The notes beneath the pieces are model-generated. The model was not told the origin of the DNA, made no database searches, and saw only the letters and a program-made list of their open reading frames with translations. DNA of 64,000 bases, from positions 608,001 through 672,000 of the forward strand of contig CAVSHF010000003.1 of NCBI GenBank assembly GCA_963727805.1, read 5' to 3'. Of the stretch, positions 31,739 to 41,768 are shown piece by piece (positions within the stretch are counted from its first letter, which is position 1; the number at the start of each line of letters is the position of its first letter). Position numbers and translations under genes: made by a program. The stretch comes from an uncultured Nitrospiraceae bacterium (GTDB taxonomy: Bacteria > Nitrospirota > Thermodesulfovibrionia > Thermodesulfovibrionales > Dissulfurispiraceae).

Positions 31739-33700
31739 ATGTTTGCAGACGTCGTATTCCCCTTAAGACTTTCTCCTCTCACATACAAGGTCCCGGAAGG
31801 CTCGCCAGCCGATCTCATAGGTAGAATTGTCAGAGCACCATTGATGAATAGCAGCAAATTGGGATTGGTTGTGGAGGTGAGAGAGACTTCTACCTATGAA
31901 ACAATAAAGACAAAAGAATTAATCAGTGTCCATGACACTTTTGCATCCGCTGACTATCTTCAATTCATAAAGTGGCTCTCCGAATATTATCTTTCGCCAT
32001 TGGGCGTTGCCCTTAAAAGCTCTTTTTTCGAAGAAGCCGTTACTGACCTCTCAGCCGTAAAGAAAAGAGCGCGGTCAAGAGCGACACCCCCTGTCTGTCA
32101 TGAGACATTTTTGGAACCGGCCGGGATAATCTTCCCTTCAGTGGTCGCCCGTGTGCTCGAAGGTATAAAAGAGCACGTCTATTCCTCCCTGTTGTATCAC
32201 TCCCCTGACCTCGCTTCCGAATATTCCTCGCTCTTTGAAGTCCTGAAACGCATGCCTGATGATGTCCGCGGTATCATCGTCCTTGTACCTGAGACCGGAT
32301 TTATCAGCAAGATTGCGCCATTTCTTACAGAGCTCTTCGGGGAGCGTCTTAGCATACTGCATAGCAAACTCGGCAAAAAAGAACGTGCGGAATCAATCAA
32401 GAAAATTCTTTCGGGGAAATCTGACGTGATTCTCGGCACCCGGTCGGCAGTGCTCGCACCTTTGCCGCATTCTGCTTTTATCGCTGTCATCGAGGAGCAG
32501 AGTCCGTCGTATAAAGGAGAAGAAGGCCTGCGCTACAACATGCGCGATCTTGCTGTAATGAGAGGGTATATCGATAAATCCTGTGTGCTCCTTTCATCCA
32601 TCTGCCCTTCGATCGAGACAGCATTCAATGCTCGCAGAGGTAAATATATTCAGTTGAATAAAATCACCTTGCAGTCTGTCGAAAAGCGTCCGCGCGTAAA
32701 AATCGTCACCTTCAAGTCGAAGAAGCAGAGTGAACTGTCTCTATCATCAGAAGTCATTAGTGATGCCAGGGGCCTTCTCCTGAAAAAAGAACAAATACTC
32801 TTCCTTGTTGGAAGAAAGGGATATTCCCTTATACGCTGCGAGGAATGCGGCCATATCGAATCATGCGGCAAATGCTCCATTCCCATGATCTTTTATAAAA
32901 GCAGTGGGATGCTGAAATGCCATCACTGCGGACATGAGCGTCGCGATCCCGAACGTTGCGACGAATGCGGGGGACCTCATCTGAAACCCTTTTCTGCCGG
33001 CACTGAAAGGGTTCGGGAAGAAGTCGAAGAGTTGCTGAAGAGCCCCTCGCTGCTGATCGAGAAGGCCAAGGTATCTTCGCCACCAAAAACGGAATTCGGA
33101 TCAAACAACCCCGACCTCTCGGATTTTGTTCCCTTCGTGATCGGGACCTCCCTGACTAAAAGAAAAATCTGTCGTGGTAAAAAATATTCTGCAGTGGTGC
33201 TGATGAATATCGATCTACTCCTCGCACAACCGGACTTCAGGGCTTATGAGCGCGCCTTTCAGGAAATCATCGAGGTTTCACAGATGGTAAAGGCAGAAGG
33301 ATCGCTGCTCATTCAGACAAAATCACCTGGGAGCAAAGTTCTTAAATGCATAAAGTATTACGATTTCGAAGCTTTTACGGATCTGGAATTGTCGCAAAGA
33401 AAGGACCTCGATTACCCTCCCTATACGCGACTGATACTCTTTACAATCTTCGGGAAAGCTGGAGATATTCTGTCAGCAGATATATGGCGGGCAGTCCGCA
33501 CCCTCAAAGACTATGCCGTTACCGTCCTGGGACCTATCGAAGTGCCTTCAACATCAAAATCTTACGAACAGTCCCACCATATCCTTTTGAAATCGAAGGA
33601 CAGCAGAAAGCTTCACGAAATGGCAAAAACGCTTCTGTTGCAATTAGAGGGGAACAGAAAAATCCAAATCGCCGTCGATGTCGATCCCATTAAAATTTGA
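31739..33700 (+). CDS. priA: Primosomal protein N' (PriA) with degenerate helicase motifs
   Basis: VLVPE, GTRSAV, four CxxC pairs, PDFRAYER, YPPY, VDVDP. Confidence 0.88.
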   Translation: MFADVVFPLRLSPLTYKVPEGSPADLIGRIVRAPLMNSSKLGLVVEVRETSTYETIKTKELISVHDTFASADYLQFIKWLSEYYLSPLGVALKSSFFEEAVTDLSAVKKRARSRATPPVCHETFLEPAGIIFPSVVARVLEGIKEHVYSSLLYHSPDLASEYSSLFEVLKRMPDDVRGIIVLVPETGFISKIAPFLTELFGERLSILHSKLGKKERAESIKKILSGKSDVILGTRSAVLAPLPHSAFIAVIEEQSPSYKGEEGLRYNMRDLAVMRGYIDKSCVLLSSICPSIETAFNARRGKYIQLNKITLQSVEKRPRVKIVTFKSKKQSELSLSSEVISDARGLLLKKEQILFLVGRKGYSLIRCEECGHIESCGKCSIPMIFYKSSGMLKCHHCGHERRDPERCDECGGPHLKPFSAGTERVREEVEELLKSPSLLIEKAKVSSPPKTEFGSNNPDLSDFVPFVIGTSLTKRKICRGKKYSAVVLMNIDLLLAQPDFRAYERAFQEIIEVSQMVKAEGSLLIQTKSPGSKVLKCIKYYDFEAFTDLELSQRKDLDYPPYTRLILFTIFGKAGDILSADIWRAVRTLKDYAVTVLGPIEVPSTSKSYEQSHHILLKSKDSRKLHEMAKTLLLQLEGNRKIQIAVDVDPIKI

Positions 33701-33706
33701 TACGCA

Positions 33707-34651
33707 CTAAATAGAAAGCACCATCTGTCTCTTTTTAAGGATCTGTCTGGCTGTCTCGATGTCTTTCATTATATGCTCGAAAAGTTCTTCTATACAGGAG
33801 AATTTTTTTTCGTCTCTTATCCTTCCGATAAAGTGGACTCTGAGTTTACGGCCAAGCAAGTTCCTATGAAAATCGAAGATGTGGACTTCATAGCTGAGCT
33901 TGCCCTCTTTGAAGGTCGGGTTCTTTCCTATATTCGCCACACCGTCATAAACACGCCCTTCCATTGTAACTCTGACAGCATAGACGCCTTCTTTTGGTAT
34001 CAGTTCATTATTGGTTTCAAGATTCGCCGTAGGCGTTTTGAGCAGCGACGTTCCTCTTCCTGCCCCTTTGATCACAATGCCGTCGATATGGTACGCCCTG
34101 CCCAGCATTTGGGATACCTCACCGACCTTTCCGCTCAGTACCGCATGTCTCACCCTGCTGCTACTGACAATACTGCCTCCAACCTTCGCGTATCGAACGA
34201 CACTAACGCCAAAACCATACTTTTTCCCTCGGCGTCTCAAAAGCGCAGCATTGCCCTTTTTGGCGCGGCCAAATGTATAATTGTGTCCCACAATGATCCA
34301 TTTAGCCTTGAGTCGTTCTACAAGAAATTCTTTTATAAAATCTTCGGCATCGGTATGGGCAAAGGTCCGATCGAAATCGACGCAAATGATAGCCTTGATG
34401 CCAGTATCGAAGATGAGCCTGGTCTTATCCTCGGAGGAGGTGATAAGCTTCAGTCCACGTTCCGGCGACAATACACGCACCGGATGGGGCTCAAAGGTCA
34501 TCGCCACGGCTGTCCCTTTTATCTTTTTCGCTTTTTCTACAACTGCCTTAAATATCTTCTGATGCCCGATATGGACTCCATCAAAGTTCCCGATTGTAAT
34601 AACTTTCTTAGAATCCAAAAAACGTTCCGGTGATCCTTTAATTATTCCCAT
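33707..34651 (-). CDS. ribF: Bifunctional riboflavin kinase/FAD synthetase
   Basis: GNFDGVHIGH, SSSRVR, PTAN, GVY. Confidence 0.96.
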   Translation of the reverse strand: MGIIKGSPERFLDSKKVITIGNFDGVHIGHQKIFKAVVEKAKKIKGTAVAMTFEPHPVRVLSPERGLKLITSSEDKTRLIFDTGIKAIICVDFDRTFAHTDAEDFIKEFLVERLKAKWIIVGHNYTFGRAKKGNAALLRRRGKKYGFGVSVVRYAKVGGSIVSSSRVRHAVLSGKVGEVSQMLGRAYHIDGIVIKGAGRGTSLLKTPTANLETNNELIPKEGVYAVRVTMEGRVYDGVANIGKNPTFKEGKLSYEVHIFDFHRNLLGRKLRVHFIGRIRDEKKFSCIEELFEHIMKDIETARQILKKRQMVLSI

Positions 34652-34654
34652 TCT

Positions 34655-35263
34655 TCAATTATTTCCATTTCTTTTTTCTGATGACAGTAATTCCTGATAT
34701 ATCGTTCTTACCTGCTCCCTCGTACTTTCAATGCCCTTACTGTTGTCGATGACGAAATCGGAACCTCTCATCTTTATTTCAGCTGGCAATTGACTAACGA
34801 GGCGCTGCCTCGCATCTGCTTCGGTAATGCCCTTCTCTTTGAGGCGGTCAAAGGCAATTTCCTCCGGAGTATACACGGTGACAATCTTATCGAACCTTCC
34901 CTGATGCCCTCTCTCAAAAATAACCGTAGCCTCGACAATAGCAATACACTCTCCATCACAAGATATTCCTGACAGTTTTTCTTCCATCTTTCGGAAAACT
35001 CTCGGATGGAGAATATCTTCCAGCGTCACTCTCGCATGGGCATCGCGGAATACCCATTCGGCAAGCCATTTCTTGTCGACTGTACCGGCTGAGACGGCTT
35101 CTTCACCGAAAGCCTCCCGAATCTCCTGGATCACTTCCCCTTCCTCAAGGAGCCTCCGCACGATCTCATCAGTATCGATGGTCATTGCGCCGAGGTCCCT
35201 GAACATTCGAACCACTGTACTCTTGCCCGCGCCGTAATTGCCAGTGAGGCCCACGACAATCAT
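34655..35263 (-). CDS. coaE: Dephospho-CoA kinase
   Basis: VGLTGNYGAGKS, LEDILHP, SDFVIDNS. Confidence 0.94.
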   Translation of the reverse strand: MIVVGLTGNYGAGKSTVVRMFRDLGAMTIDTDEIVRRLLEEGEVIQEIREAFGEEAVSAGTVDKKWLAEWVFRDAHARVTLEDILHPRVFRKMEEKLSGISCDGECIAIVEATVIFERGHQGRFDKIVTVYTPEEIAFDRLKEKGITEADARQRLVSQLPAEIKMRGSDFVIDNSKGIESTREQVRTIYQELLSSEKRNGNN

Positions 35264-37827
35264 GTCTTTTGTTCGACTTTCTTCTTCAATTCCCTAAGCT
35301 TCCGTAAGGCATCCTGCGGCTTCATGGCACTGACGTCAAGATTCATCAGTTCCACGGTTACGGGGTCTCCTGTGGAGAAAAGATCCATTTGGGCAAGTTT
35401 CGGCACAAGGGCACTCGTCTCCTTCTTTTCGAGCTTTTCAAGCACGAGCTTCGATTTCTCAATCACCTCTTCAGGAAGTCCCGCGAGACGGGCCACCTGT
35501 ATCCCGTAACTCTTGTCAGCGGGGCCCTTCTCGATCTTCCGCAGAAATATTACCTCGTCGCCCCACTCTTTGACGACAACATTATAATTCTTGATCCCTT
35601 CCATATTCATTACCAGGTTCGTGAGTTCGTGATAATGGGTCGCAAAAAGAGTCCTCGCCCTTACTTTCTCTATTATATATTCAGCTACCGCCCACGCAAT
35701 GCTAATACCGTCAAAAGTGCTCGTCCCCCTGCCCACTTCATCAAGCAGGATCAGGCTTTTTGCGGTTGCGTTATTAAGAATATTCGCTGTCTCGATCATT
35801 TCCACCATGAATGTGCTTTGGCCTTTTGCGATAAAATCCGAGGCTCCTATGCGCGTGAATATTCTGTCAACTACCCCAATCTTTGCCCGGAGAGCCGGGA
35901 CAAATGAACCCATCTGGGCCATCAGGATAATGAGCGAGACTTGCCTCATATAGGTCGATTTTCCGGCCATATTGGGTCCTGTGATGACCAGGAGTCTGTT
36001 CTCCGACGCGTCAAGGTACGCATTGTTGGGGATGAATTTCTCGTCCATCAAAGATATCCCGTGTGCACTGATGAGTCTTTCAATGACAGGATGACGCCCG
36101 TCGGTGATTTCGATGACGTCGCCGTCCGATACCACCGGCCGCACATAATCATATTTTTTTGCAATTGCTGAGAGGGCCGAAAAGAAATCAATCAGTGCAA
36201 TCAGTCCTGCGGTATCGAGAAGTTTGTCGGTATAGCGCTGCATCTTCTCAAGTATCCCCTGGAAAAGCTCCGATTCAAGTTCCTTCAACTTGTCTTCGGC
36301 CCCGAGCACCTTGGTCTCATACTCTTTCAGATCGGATGTGATGAAGCGCTCGCAGTTTGCAAGCGTCTGCTTACGCATATAATCCGGCGGTGCCAGGTGA
36401 AGGTTCGCTTTCGTGATTTCAATATAGTAGCCGAATACCTTGTTGAACCCTATTTTTAGAGATGAAATGCCGGTCTTTTGTCGTTCTTCTGTTTCGAGAC
36501 GGGCGATATAATCCTTGCCGTGGGTCGATATGTCCCGCAGATCATCCACTTCTTTATTAAAGCCTTTCCGAATGAATCCGCCTTCCTTTGAACTTATGGG
36601 AGGAGTGTCTGCGATGCTCGATGCAATCATATGTTCGAGTTCCGAGAATTCAACCATCCTCTTGCCGATACTGCTTATGCTGTCAACGGGCGAATTTGAG
36701 AGGGCTTTCTTTATCGTCGGGATGAGTTCAAGAGAATTCTTCAGGGCGATAAGGTCGCGCGGGCCGGCGGACCTCGATACTATCTTCGAGGTGAGACGTT
36801 CGATATCCTGGATCTTTCGCAGCGTGAATCGCAGTTCCTCAAAAAGTTCGAAATCCTCGATGATTGCCTCAATCGCCCTCTGCCTCTCAATGATCTCCGC
36901 CGGTTTGATCAACGGATTTGCGATGGCGTTCCTCATGAACCTCCCGCCCATCGGGGTAAGCGTTTCGTCAAGAACCCACAGCAGAGAGCCTTCGATAGTG
37001 CAATCCTTGATGTTATGGAGCAGTTCAAGGTTCCGCTTGGTCGCAGCATCCAAAAACATGTATGAGGTTGTGCTGGGTACCGTGATCTTTTTGAAGGTTA
37101 ATATCCGCTGCGTGTCCTCAAGATAGCTGATGAGACCGCCTGCAGCAGAGATGCCAGCCTGCATGCCTTCGCACCCGTATCCGTCGAGTGAGGCGACCTT
37201 AAAGTGCTTAAGGAGAGTCCTGTAGGCATCGGTGAAATCAAAGTAGATATCTCCATAGTAGGTCACATAGTGTCCGAGAAAAGCCTCCTTGTAATAGAGG
37301 TTGTCTTTCATGCTGGCCGGGCAGAGAATCTCACGCGGCTCATACCGGCTAATTTCATCTTCAACGGGCTTATCCGTCTCATAGACAACAAACTCCCCAG
37401 TCGAAACATCGGCTACTGTTATCCCGCTTGCTTTCTGGTAGGGGAAGATGCTCATGATATAGGCATTCTCTTTAGGCTGATCAGGTTGGTGTGTTCCCGG
37501 CGTGACGACCCTGATGACTTCCCTCTGGACGATCCCCTTGGCAAGCTTTGGGTCTTCCATCTGCTCGCAAATGGCAACCTTATGGCCCGCCCTGATCAGC
37601 TTCGTGATATAGGAATCGGCAGAAAAATATGGAATCCCGCACATGGGTATCTGGTCTTCCTTGCTCTTGTCCCTGCTCGTCAGGGCTATCTGGAGCACGC
37701 GGGAGGCTATCTTCGCGTCTTCCCCGAACATCTCGTAGAAGTCACCGAGCCTGAAAAAGACGATCGCGTCGGGATACTGTTCTTTGACGCCGAAATATTG
37801 TTTCATTAACGGGGTAAGCTCAGACAT
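35260..37827 (-). CDS. mutS: DNA mismatch repair protein MutS
   Basis: TPLMKQY, GDFYEMF, TGPNMAGKST, DEVGRGTST, SYGIQVA. Confidence 0.98.
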   Translation of the reverse strand: MSELTPLMKQYFGVKEQYPDAIVFFRLGDFYEMFGEDAKIASRVLQIALTSRDKSKEDQIPMCGIPYFSADSYITKLIRAGHKVAICEQMEDPKLAKGIVQREVIRVVTPGTHQPDQPKENAYIMSIFPYQKASGITVADVSTGEFVVYETDKPVEDEISRYEPREILCPASMKDNLYYKEAFLGHYVTYYGDIYFDFTDAYRTLLKHFKVASLDGYGCEGMQAGISAAGGLISYLEDTQRILTFKKITVPSTTSYMFLDAATKRNLELLHNIKDCTIEGSLLWVLDETLTPMGGRFMRNAIANPLIKPAEIIERQRAIEAIIEDFELFEELRFTLRKIQDIERLTSKIVSRSAGPRDLIALKNSLELIPTIKKALSNSPVDSISSIGKRMVEFSELEHMIASSIADTPPISSKEGGFIRKGFNKEVDDLRDISTHGKDYIARLETEERQKTGISSLKIGFNKVFGYYIEITKANLHLAPPDYMRKQTLANCERFITSDLKEYETKVLGAEDKLKELESELFQGILEKMQRYTDKLLDTAGLIALIDFFSALSAIAKKYDYVRPVVSDGDVIEITDGRHPVIERLISAHGISLMDEKFIPNNAYLDASENRLLVITGPNMAGKSTYMRQVSLIILMAQMGSFVPALRAKIGVVDRIFTRIGASDFIAKGQSTFMVEMIETANILNNATAKSLILLDEVGRGTSTFDGISIAWAVAEYIIEKVRARTLFATHYHELTNLVMNMEGIKNYNVVVKEWGDEVIFLRKIEKGPADKSYGIQVARLAGLPEEVIEKSKLVLEKLEKKETSALVPKLAQMDLFSTGDPVTVELMNLDVSAMKPQDALRKLRELKKKVEQKT

Positions 37828-38123
37828 TACCTCGACCTTTCATCAGAAATTTAATTTAGAATTATACTACAGACAGCAGGAAGTATGCTCAGATGTGATA
37901 TGCATAGCTTTCGTAACTACCTGATTTATTTCAAAGTTAGATATACGTACCATCCCGACTTTTCATTTGCCGGTCCTGAAGACACGACATGGTCAAAATG
38001 TCAGTGACCGAACCGACGAAGCACAAGAACATGTCACATTGGCTGTCATTCCAACAGCTCCGCTTCTTTCATTATTTTGGCCGCAATCAATTTGATGAAG
38101 CAAAGGATTTAATCCGTCTTACT

Positions 38124-38495
38124 CTAATGCGATCCCTCATTAAGCTTAGTCGGGCGATTTGTTTTGATCATGTCTACAACTTTCACAATCTCTTTTCTCA
38201 CATCCTCATCTATGACAAACTCCACAGCTATCTGGAAACTATCGTTCTTCGGGATGACCCTGACGACTCGTGCGGAAGAGAAGAAATGCACATTGGCGAA
38301 AGAGCCTGACTTGGCCTGGAGTATAAATTGGAGGGCCAGGAAATCCCCGACTTTCAATTGCCGTTTTGACTCAAAGAAGAGACCTCCGGCGCTGACATTG
38401 GATGTACTGCATTCGGTCCATGCAGTGTCGCCAGGCAATTTCACCTTAGCATTAGCTTCGACTCTTTCGTAGCGTCTCTTGTTCTCCCCGGTCAT
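38124..38495 (-). CDS. Stand-alone PilZ-domain protein
   Basis: RRYER (RxxxR) and NVSAGG (D/NxSxxG). Confidence 0.88.
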   Translation of the reverse strand: MTGENKRRYERVEANAKVKLPGDTAWTECSTSNVSAGGLFFESKRQLKVGDFLALQFILQAKSGSFANVHFFSSARVVRVIPKNDSFQIAVEFVIDEDVRKEIVKVVDMIKTNRPTKLNEGSH

Positions 38496-38497
38496 AA

Positions 38498-39037
38498 TCA
38501 ACACTCCATCGCGCTAGGCCTTATAGCTGTTACCGATGCCGAAAAAAATAAGGAGATATGACGGAGCCAAGTATTTTGTCTAACGTGATCACATGAGAGC
38601 AAAACGCTACGTGAGAAAGGATAACATCCACCGACACGAGCTACAATGTCTGCCGGGGGCGACAGATCAGAGGAAAGAGAATGGCACAAACCATCTCGTT
38701 CCACATTGACGTCGAAAGGCAAAACATCGAGAGCAGACGAAAGATATTCATTGCCTTGCTTATTGTGTCCTTTGGGGCACAGATTATTTATAAGATGCAC
38801 GTTGGTATCTGATCGACCCGTTTTGAGCTCCACAATATCTTTTAAAGCAAACAGCTGGGGTATCGGTTTAATCGATGTATCATCACAAAGCAGGTCGTGG
38901 AGGAATTCAAAATGGTCATGTCCGGGATAATCATGGCAAATAATTACAAATCCGACACTGATGATTGATAGGAACAATATGATCCCCATCGCTTTGTACA
39001 TGACTCTGAGATGGGTTGAGGGATTGTGCTTAATCAT
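38498..39037 (-). CDS. Hypothetical protein
   Basis: 179-aa ORF with one hydrophobic segment; no recognised motif. Confidence 0.35.
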   Translation of the reverse strand: MIKHNPSTHLRVMYKAMGIILFLSIISVGFVIICHDYPGHDHFEFLHDLLCDDTSIKPIPQLFALKDIVELKTGRSDTNVHLINNLCPKGHNKQGNEYLSSALDVLPFDVNVERDGLCHSLSSDLSPPADIVARVGGCYPFSRSVLLSCDHVRQNTWLRHISLFFSASVTAIRPSAMEC

Positions 39038-39296
39038 ATAATATGTTTGTCATAATGTTTAGAGATGGGTTCGATGAACCATCATTGGTCGGCAGTTCGA
39101 TATCATTCCTGTTTCCCATGCTCAACCTGCAACTGGAATTCATCATAACATTATTAATTTATCATAACATTATTGTAGAACTGAACTAGGGTAGTTATAT
39201 CCTACCCCTCCGATATTATATTTATTCATATTATAGATCTGTTGAAATCATAAATAAAGAAGAAAATGATGAATATTTGGATATTCCGGGCAGGTT

Positions 39297-41424
39297 TCCG
39301 GGTAGGAGCAGCGATTGCTCGCCACTCCCCCCACAGACCCGGACGAGCCCGATTAAGGCATCCGGTTCGTCAGTAACAAGAGGCATACAGCCTCTGGCTA
39401 ACTAAACGGATTCGACCCGTTTAGCGCATAACTTTGCTGACCTGCATGGTTTAGATATCATGGACTATTCGGGGCGACGGCAGTGGGAACAGCCGCTCCA
39501 GCTTTGGGAATTCATCCTCCCAATTCATCGATCCCTTATTGCTGCGACGACTCAACCAGTAGTGCCACGCCTTCCGTACATGCCTGTAGACAAGCAGCAA
39601 CTTACGGTAATTGCCTCTGATGCCGTAATATTGGTAGTGACCTTTTAACTTAAGGGTTAGAACACGACATTGTTCCTTAAGCGGCTCATGTCGGTGTTCC
39701 CGACACCACTCCCAAGCGCGCTTCATGGCCCGGCGCAGCCTTTTCTTGGCTGTTTGCCGCTTTACTATCCAGTACCCCCGCCGCGTCTTCGCCCAGTAGT
39801 GCGTAAAACCCAAAAAGTCAATGCTCCCATTTTCCTCAGGGTCGCTCTTGCCTTTTGGCCTTCCGAACCTAACCAGCTTCGTCTTTGTCGGGTGTATCGT
39901 TAGCCCGTACTGTTGGAGTCTCTCAGTCAGAACGGGCAATATCCATTGTGCATCAGATTCGTGTTCGCATCCGATTAGAAAGTCATCGGCAAAACGAATC
40001 AGAAAGCTCTGTCCCTTAATGCTGGGCTTCACTTCCTTGACATACCACTCATCCAGCACATGGTGTAGGAATATATTGGCCAGAATCGGCGATATGACTC
40101 CGCCCTGCGGCGTGCCCTTCTCTGGGTATGTCAGAGTTTCCCCTTCTATTACCCCGGCATTCAGCCATTTGCCGATTAGCCGTATTATTCCTCCATCGTT
40201 GACCCTTTGCCTGATTATTTCCAACAGCCTGCCGTGATCGATATTATCGAAATAGCCTTTGACATCCGCATCCACTATCCAGCCGATGTTCCCTTTCACG
40301 CATTTCTGTTGAAGCTCGCTTAACGCCTGATGCTGGCTATGGCCGCGTCTGAAGCCGTGAGAGAAGGCGAAAAAGTCGCTCTCATACACTGCCTCAAGGA
40401 GCATCGCTACCGCACGTTGAACTACTTTGTCTTCAAACGTCGGAAGTCCTAACGGCCTTTCCCCTCCGTCATCCTTAGGTATCCACACCCGGTTTACAGG
40501 CGGAGCATGATACCGTCCTCCCTTGAGTCGTGTGTGCAGCTCCCGTAGATTTTCTTCGAGGTTTGATGCGTATTCTTCTGCTGTGACCCGGTCTATACCG
40601 GGCGCAGCGTCTTTTCGGGTCAGCCTGTAGGCTTCCCGCAAGAATTCCACATCTACGTGGTGCGCCAGCGTAGTGAACACCATCTCCGGATACCGGATGG
40701 CCTGCGCTGCAATCCACCGAAGTTTCGTTGATACGGTTTGTGAGTTCGAAGCCTCTCCCATATTTCCTCTCGGTGAAACGTTATACCCGGCCTCGCCTTC
40801 CCTTCAGTGGGTCCCTTGGTCCTCGGTTCCCCACCTTCCCGGCCCGCTGGGGCCTTCGGTACTATGCTCGGCTAAGACTGCCTCATGTCCATCCCTAGTC
40901 TCTTCGTTTGTCACTCGATTCCCGGTACCACGTTTGCTCTCTGTCTTCGTTCGTCGATGTGCGAGAGCCCTCACCGACGCCTGGGGCTTTTGTTCTTCCG
41001 GTCGCCCTCTTCCCTTCCGGTTCTCAACGTGGAGACATGCGGCCCTCCCAAGTTCCCGATCTATCCCTTTGAATGTATGCCCTGCTCTCAGACCCCGGTG
41101 GTGTTCTGATGCTCGCCATTGCGCATTCAGAACTGCTGTCTTCCAGTTGTCCGAGACTGTCGACTTTCCCTCCAATGCCCTGAAGGTTATCTTACTGACC
41201 ACAATGTCAACGATTTCGGGGCTCACTAACACGGCCTACATTCTCGCTACACCCAGCTCCGCACCTCCCCTCGCGAGGACGCACGCGGGTTCGCTTCCGA
41301 CCTGTTGGCTAAGCTTTGGCCGGATGGGACTTGAGGTTTTCCGCCTCTCACCCATTGGATAGCAACAGCAAATTTCATCTCCTTTTCGCGAGATTCCCGA
41401 TGCCTCGGATTTACCTTGGCGCGA
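39297..41424 (-). mobile_element. Group II intron (RT-encoding, no endonuclease domain; class E/F-like)
   Basis: Starts TCGCGCCAAGG and ends CCTACCCGGA; domain V GAACCGGATGCCTTAATCGGGCTCGTCCGGGTC (about 39336-39368); EBS1 CGGACA (41148-41153) pairs with 5' exon TGTCCG. Confidence 0.92.
39451..40761 (-). CDS. ltrA: Group II intron reverse transcriptase/maturase
   Basis: APGID, RPLGLPT..DKVVQ, GTPQGGVISP, RFADDF, DFLGF, domain X (GHYQYYG); no HNH. Confidence 0.96.
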   Translation of the reverse strand: MGEASNSQTVSTKLRWIAAQAIRYPEMVFTTLAHHVDVEFLREAYRLTRKDAAPGIDRVTAEEYASNLEENLRELHTRLKGGRYHAPPVNRVWIPKDDGGERPLGLPTFEDKVVQRAVAMLLEAVYESDFFAFSHGFRRGHSQHQALSELQQKCVKGNIGWIVDADVKGYFDNIDHGRLLEIIRQRVNDGGIIRLIGKWLNAGVIEGETLTYPEKGTPQGGVISPILANIFLHHVLDEWYVKEVKPSIKGQSFLIRFADDFLIGCEHESDAQWILPVLTERLQQYGLTIHPTKTKLVRFGRPKGKSDPEENGSIDFLGFTHYWAKTRRGYWIVKRQTAKKRLRRAMKRAWEWCREHRHEPLKEQCRVLTLKLKGHYQYYGIRGNYRKLLLVYRHVRKAWHYWLSRRSNKGSMNWEDEFPKLERLFPLPSPRIVHDI

Positions 41425-41498
41425 CGGACACCTATTACGATCTACTTCGGACACTATTCCAATTTAGTTCGGACAGCAATTCAAAATAGTTCGGATAG
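41425..41498. repeat. Left-end repeat array of the IS21-like element
   Basis: TTCGG cores at 41446, 41468 and 41490, plus the intron-split first copy. Confidence 0.85.
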
Positions 41499-41683
41499 AT
41501 CATCAGAGCCGTGGTTCCAAAAAGTTCAGTATCAACTTCTTCCTGAATTCTGCAGCTATTTAATGATCTGATAACTGTTTCTTTTATTTCGTACCGCGCA
41601 AAATTGAGAGGACTCTATCGGCGAGAAGTGCTCCATCTTCCAAACTAAGCAAAAAAACATTATTCCGAACACTGAAGCTTAAC

Positions 41684-41712
41684 TTGCATAAGGAAATAGT
41701 ATTTGTTACTAT
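41684..41712 (+). promoter_or_regulatory. Candidate sigma70 promoter for the cargo lipoprotein
   Basis: TTGCAT-N17-TACTAT. Confidence 0.5.
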
Positions 41713-41768
41713 TCAGTTCAACAACAGCTTAAATTGCGTCCAACTAATTTATAACGAAGGATAAAAGA

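Noticed and set aside
33773..34633. Long antisense ORF (likewise 9915-10772, 36515-37126, 37204-37809)
   Set aside because: Shadow frames opposite well-supported genes
18680..40761. Diversity-generating retroelement (RT plus near-identical repeats)
   Set aside because: The RT lies within a complete group II intron; the repeats are in-frame coding units without an adenine-specific mismatch pattern
40673..41454. ORFs in the 5' part of the RT intron
   Set aside because: They overlap structured intron RNA domains and have no protein motifs
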